DNA of 64,000 bases from Camelus dromedarius (taxonomy: Eukaryota): NCBI RefSeq assembly GCF_036321535.1, contig NC_087472.1, forward strand, positions 100,752,001 to 100,816,000, read 5' to 3'. Made by a program: the position numbers and the translations under genes. A model generated the notes under the pieces. It was given only the letters and a program-made list of their open reading frames with translations. It was not told the origin of the DNA and made no database searches. This document shows, in pieces, positions 57,878 to 64,000 of the stretch (positions within the stretch are counted from its first letter, which is position 1; each line of letters begins with the position of its first letter).

Positions 57878-58101
57878 CAGGGTTTCTCAACCTCAGCACT
57901 ACTGACATTTGGGGCTGAATCATTCTTTGTTGGAGGGCGGAGGGGTCGTTCTGTGCATGCAAGATGTTTACCAGCATCCCTGGCCTCTACCCACTAGAAG
58001 CCAGTAGCACACCACCATCCTCAGCTGTGACAACCAAATATGTCCCCTGCCATTGCCAAATGTCCCCAGGAGGCAAAACTGGCCCTGGTTGAGAACCACT
58101 G
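57878..58101 (-). mobile_element. Full-length MER20 in the CDKL5 3'UTR
   Basis: CAGGGTTTCTCAACC...GGTTGAGAACCACTG termini. Confidence 0.85.
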
Positions 58102-59770
58102 TGGTGGAGGTAACTCACTTGAGTCCCTCAGCATGGAGCACTTTTTGTCTTGGGCTCTGGAGAGACTAAACCTCAGATCGAGACCAAACAAGGTTCAGTA
58201 AAAGTTCACTAAGAACTTCTGAGAAGAAAAAGGAGGATGGTGGTAAAGCAAAAGCAGAAAACAGCAAAGCGGAGTTTCTTTTCAAAAGGAGATCAGCAAT
58301 AGTTCCATAAAGCAAAGCAATTCATAAGCCTTTATTTAACCTTTTTATCCTTTAGGAAGTTAGGGCAGATAATAGAACATGGATGTCACAAACTTCCCTT
58401 CCTAAAGAAAATGCAGACTTTTGTGACTTTAAGTCCTTAATTCTTATCATAGATGGCAATCTTTGTGAGGTCAATAATTCATCAACCAGAGGAAAACAAG
58501 TTACAAGCTAAGAGAGGGCCCATTAGATATGAGAGAAAACTTTCTCATTCCCCCCCGTGAGCAGGAAGAGAATTAGACATGCTAGTAATGTGGGTTGTAG
58601 TTCACTTACAGCTTACTGAGGTCAATGAAAGTCAGAATGGACAAAAGCTGAGAAGAGGATAAAAGAGCTACCTCTAAAACACTAGTTGAAAACATTGTAG
58701 ATATTTTCTGGCTCAAATCTGGGAATGTACGAAAAGTACGTATTGATTCTTCATCGGTTAGGTTTACTTTGCTCTAGGTAGAAGGCAATTATTCTAGCCC
58801 TTCTTTGAAGAACCATCATGAATATAAATGTTCTGCAATCATCTGAGATCCCAGTGTTAGCAAGGATGAAAACATGGGAAACCAGCCCCTAGGTGACAAC
58901 GAGCCTCAAATGCCACAGCATGGCAACGTGACTGCGCAGTTCCTAAGCGCACAGCACAGTGAGAAGTCTTTCCAGAGGAAAAATGGAGTTTCTGGTTTGC
59001 AAGGGGGAATACAAGGTACAGGTCGAGTTTACAAAAGAAGAGTTACACACCCTTTTAGAGTCATTAGTATCCAGGCAAAACTGCTAAGGGTCCACATCAC
59101 TATATAACTGAGAAGCTGCCTGGAAAAAGCCAGAATTCAGAGCTACTCAGACAGTACTGGACTGGTGAAAGCAACAAGATAGAAAAAGAACCGAAGAGCA
59201 TGCAAACTATTGGTTTGAATCAAATTGTTTCAATGATAGTACCCAGTTGAGTTTCATTTTAGTGCCTATTACACTTATTAAAATTAAATTAAAAGCACCT
59301 TAAAATGACCTCTATATATAATCAATACACATCATTATAGTAGTTATATAAAAATGCAATATGCACACAATTTAAGCTTCAAAAAAACTAAGACCTTTTT
59401 CTTTATAATCTTCATAATCATCAGAGCTATGATTCTTAAAATTGTGGGGGAGGGAACAGTAACTCAGCACACTTCAATTATAGCTGACTTGATTCAGGGG
59501 CTGACACACTCAGAATCCTGGGACAAGTAATAAATATTGAGAAGTTTCTCTCTTTGAAGGGTGGGAGGGCAATCTTTAAAAATATTATTGCTAAGAGACT
59601 ACTCCCAAAAATCTAATACTCTTGACGGATGACAGTGTTGAGGTGATTTCTGTCAAGGATGGCCCAGAGACATGGAACTATAACCCTTGTTGGCCAAAGG
59701 CTTTGATGATACTTGGGAATAACTTGGGAGTTGGAGGAGATCAAATGACAGAAAGAGAAGTCCTGTTCTG

Positions 59771-59774
<4 letters not shown>

Positions 59775-59807
<33 letters not shown>
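59775..59807. repeat. (TG)~16 microsatellite in the CDKL5 3'UTR
   Basis: Direct reading. Confidence 0.95.
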
Positions 59808-59808
<1 letters not shown>

Positions 59809-61227
59809 TACTGATGTGCATGATAACCTTGTTATAAAAGGACAGTCCCAGGAAGAAAAGATGAGTATAGTAATTTTCTCTACATCTGCAATTGCTTCAG
59901 GAGTCTTTTAAGTATATTGGAAAGAACAATAACAAACAAAGCATTTAGAAATAGAAATGCCACACATGTATCTCACACCCCACCAGCCAGGGGTCTCCGG
60001 TAACAGTGCAGAGGATTCAGGAGCATAGAGCTGGTTTGCAAGATCTGCAGACAGATGCCTCTTACGACTTCGCAACTAGGAATGTTCACTGGCGAATCTT
60101 TGGTCTACACTCGACACTAACGCTAAACAGAAGAGCACATTCTCTCTACAAAGACCCATGTAACCCTGGATCTGTTCTCCCCTCAGGTGCAAGGAACATC
60201 CCTGGACTTGAACAGGAGCCAACTATGTGAGACGGAGACAGGCCTGCTGGAGTTCTCACTGGCCTAGCCCACTTTCTTCCCCTGCGGGTTCAGGAGATGC
60301 TACATCTCGCCTACTACCAAGGATCATGTCTAGAGGCTACTGCTGGGGCCTAAAGTTGAGCACGGTTCCCACTGTTATAGTCACGTACAGCCACAATTCA
60401 ACTCCCTTGATTAGAAGTATAATACTCACTTCATATCACAAATGTATAAAAATATGGCAGATAGTGTCATAACGATACTTTCTTTAAATGATTATATTTA
60501 TAAAACAGACATTTACCATATATATATTTATATATAGAATAAAATACTCCTGATGCAATATATAAATGTTACTGTTTAGTTTTTATAGAAACTACTGTAG
60601 CTGTCCCACTGCTTCACAATGTTCCAAACAGCTCAAAATAACTTTACATTTAACAGATAAGGTATGATTACAACAGTACAATATTAATTATAAATAAATG
60701 TTACAAATCCTATCAAATATGGAAGTTTAGAAAACAATTTAAGACATACAGTTAGTTCATCTGCTAACCCTTCAAAGGGATACTCTTAGATTACAACAAA
60801 CCCCACATTTAGTCTAGGCGGAAAAAAAATCTGTGGTAAGGACATCGGTCAACACAAATTATTCCATCCCTTGCAGTGCCAGAACACATCCTGGCTTTCC
60901 CAAGTTCAACGGCGATTGCACTAAAGCTGGAACGTAAGGGGGAGAACCTGGCAAGAATGTCTTCTTCCTCAATGGCACACTCTACCCATTCTCACACAAG
61001 ACCCGTGGGGACTGGCGATCCCTAAGGAACTCCTGTGGCTCTAAGATCCCTGACTAGCATTTGTGGCTGTGAGGAGCCAGCTGGCTCCACACATACAATA
61101 TTGCACACACCTTCATAAAGCTGAAAATACTGGCTTACCACCCTGGCCCAGCCCACTCCCTACCCCCTCCCACCCACCCTCCCTCCCAACTGGATTGCCC
61201 TGCCCCCCCAGCCCCCTCCAGCACACA

Positions 61228-61713
<486 letters not shown>

Positions 61714-64000
61714 TCAGGGTGAGTGTGGGGGAGGGCAGCTAGTCCAGCCTTATCTGTTCTTTTATTCTTTTTGAGACAGACTGAAGTTATTTTTCTTTAA
61801 TGAAAAAGCCTAGAAATGTAGAAGAAATCTAGAGCTGGTGTGGTGGCGGGTAAAGGGCTTCAGCCCCTTCCATCTGGCTGCAGCCCATCTTTATGGCGGG
61901 GGTGGAGGGATGAGGGGGATCTCATGCTTCAACCAGCAGGAGGAAGCAAAAAAGAAGGGATCTGCTCCTCCCTTTTGAGAAGACTTCCCAATAGCTCCAC
62001 ATAAAGCTGCCACTTACAGAGTTTTCACCAGCCAAAACTCAGCCATTCAACCATATCTAGCTGCAAGAGGAACTGAGAAAATGTAATGTTTCAATTAGGT
62101 AGCAATGCACTCGGCTGAAAACCGTATATCCCCTTCTGTTCTTATCTCCCTGATTTTCCCTTTCTCTTGACATTGCAAAATCCCAATGTTCCCTTTCTGC
62201 ACTTTCACTTTTTTTTTGGTTTTTATTATTTTTTGAGGGGGAGGGGACGTAAAATTTGGGCATTAACAATGCAAAGCACAGAAAAACAAGCAAAAGCCCT
62301 AGAGACCCTAAAACACAAGTCACTCACGGAGGCCTTCCATTCCTAACATGGGCTCATGGCGGCCCCACCTATCTGTTGTGTGGTTGGGGCTTGGGCCCTG
62401 TGGGGTGTGGCACACTGAACAGGGGGACTTCAAGGCAGAAGGGAGGGTCCTGGAAGCCATCTGCCCCACAGGCTCCTCACTGGTGAACGATGACTCACTC
62501 CCCTCTCCTCAATGTCAGTGTGATACAGTCACCATCAGAAGCATCCTGACATTCAAGGCCTCATCCTGACCCTGGCACTTGGGCCGCAGCCCTAGCCTTG
62601 AGGCACCTCTGGCTGCCAATCCTCACAGACCTTCAGGCTTTTAAGGGCTCAGCAAAGCAAAATGTTGATAATCTCAAGAAACAGTAATGATTTGGAGGAA
62701 CAGGGCACTGAAATCCAGGGGATCCTGCTTGGGCACTGACTCAAGTATAAATAACCTCTGGAGAAGCATCCTCCACGGCCATTCTGAAATCTGTCCCAAA
62801 CAGCTCTGTGGTCCCCAAGAGAGGTGGCATAGTACACCGCACACTATTAAGTGCTCAAAAGTGTGTTCTTTTTTCAGGGAACTGAATAACACAATGAGAT
62901 TCCTGGTGATTTTTACAGCCCTGACCACATGTAACTATTGAACAATAACAATAGTTCAGCTGGAGATACAAAGTTACCTGAGAAAAGAGCTTCTCGGCAA
63001 AGGAACTGGTTACACAAAAAGGGTTCTAAAGCCTCGTACTTTTTTTTCCTTTTTTTAAAAAATAAACTGAGAATAGAACATCAGGCCCTCTCACTCAGAG
63101 CCTTGCGCTTTTAGTTTCGATACATATCCAATAACTGGGATATCTGGTTCTCCTCACCCCCTGAGCCCCCCAGCCTGTATTATGTTAGAAGCAGAAAATA
63201 CAAATGGTTGGGCAAATATAAACGTAATTTAAGGAACTCCTGTCAACAGCTGTAAGTAACAGCTTACATTTAAAGAGAGTAAACAAAAAACCTCTACAAA
63301 TAGACCCTCCTCCTCCAAATCACAGAAATCTGTGGTCATTTATAGGCACAAGTAACCCTATAGCCTCAAAGGCTCATGAGGGTTGTCAGAAATTACAGTA
63401 CAGAGGAATAACAGATTTATAAAATATTGACTATGATCAAAAGCAAGTTAGATTATGTTACTATGAGCATTATGAAACACTGAAAAGACACAATATTTTA
63501 ACATTTCCAATCAAAGTAGTTTGTTTAAAGGAGGTAAAACGTTAGTTACCTGAAAACATTTATAGATCTGGTTTCTAATTATTCTCCCGTTATGGCAGAG
63601 AAACAAGACTATACATACTGTCTACCACGCAGTTCCTAATGCGACTGTTTACATGTTTTCTATCAAAACTAGTATAGATTTCAGAAGTTTAAATATTCTT
63701 CTAAGAAAGCTTATCATACCTGTCTTTCAAGGCGCAGTTTCTATGCTACCACATTTAATGAGCCCTTAATTTCTAGTACCTCCTCTTACCCTCCCCCACA
63801 TTTTATGGCACACTTCGCTTTTTACCATGAAGTATGGTATTTATGGATTTTTTTCTAGAGTTTTGTGTGCTAGAACTGTATCTTACTCATTCCCCTTAAT
63901 CGCCTGGCCCGTCCCACCTGCCAGGTGAAGGCTAACGGAAGCTCACTTTTTCCCCCAATAGGACACGGGTCACTGAAGCAAGATTCCCCTGGCCTTCTAA

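Larger units (their letters stand above)
54585..61227 (-). other. CDKL5: CDKL5 long 3'UTR (~6.6 kb); 3' end approximate
   Basis: Repeat-poor, AT-rich stretch after the stop ending at a minus-strand AATAAA (54606-54611). The length agrees with the ~6.6 kb UTR known for human CDKL5. Confidence 0.7.

Overview
Mammalian genomic DNA, most likely a camelid judging from its young tRNA-derived SINEs, syntenic with the human Xp22.13 PPEF1-RS1-CDKL5 locus in reverse orientation. It contains a complete six-exon retinoschisin gene (RS1, + strand, 675-nt CDS, 224 aa, all GT-AG junctions). The terminal coding exon and ~6.6 kb 3'UTR of CDKL5 lie on the - strand, convergent with RS1. A tRNA-Val(TAC) gene sits in a CpG island, and by synteny the left ~28 kb is the non-coding 5' region of PPEF1 (no PPEF1 coding exon recognised). 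The rest is mostly SINE, L1, L2, LTR and MER repeats, and nearly all ORFs in the track are spurious. Most notable: (1) disabled homologues of all three exons encoding the human CDKL5 115-kDa alternative C-terminus lie antisense within RS1 introns, one inside an MLT LTR; (2) two loci where a SINE and an L1 3' end are stacked at one site, giving a triplicated target-site duplication; (3) a SINE co-inserted with ~100 nt of extra polyadenylated sequence; (4) a near-perfect RFX X-box with a downstream splice donor; (5) a speculative small ORF with an RVxF-like motif. I found no evidence of a wholly new multi-gene system. Comparisons to human sequences and repeat families are from memory, not from a search.
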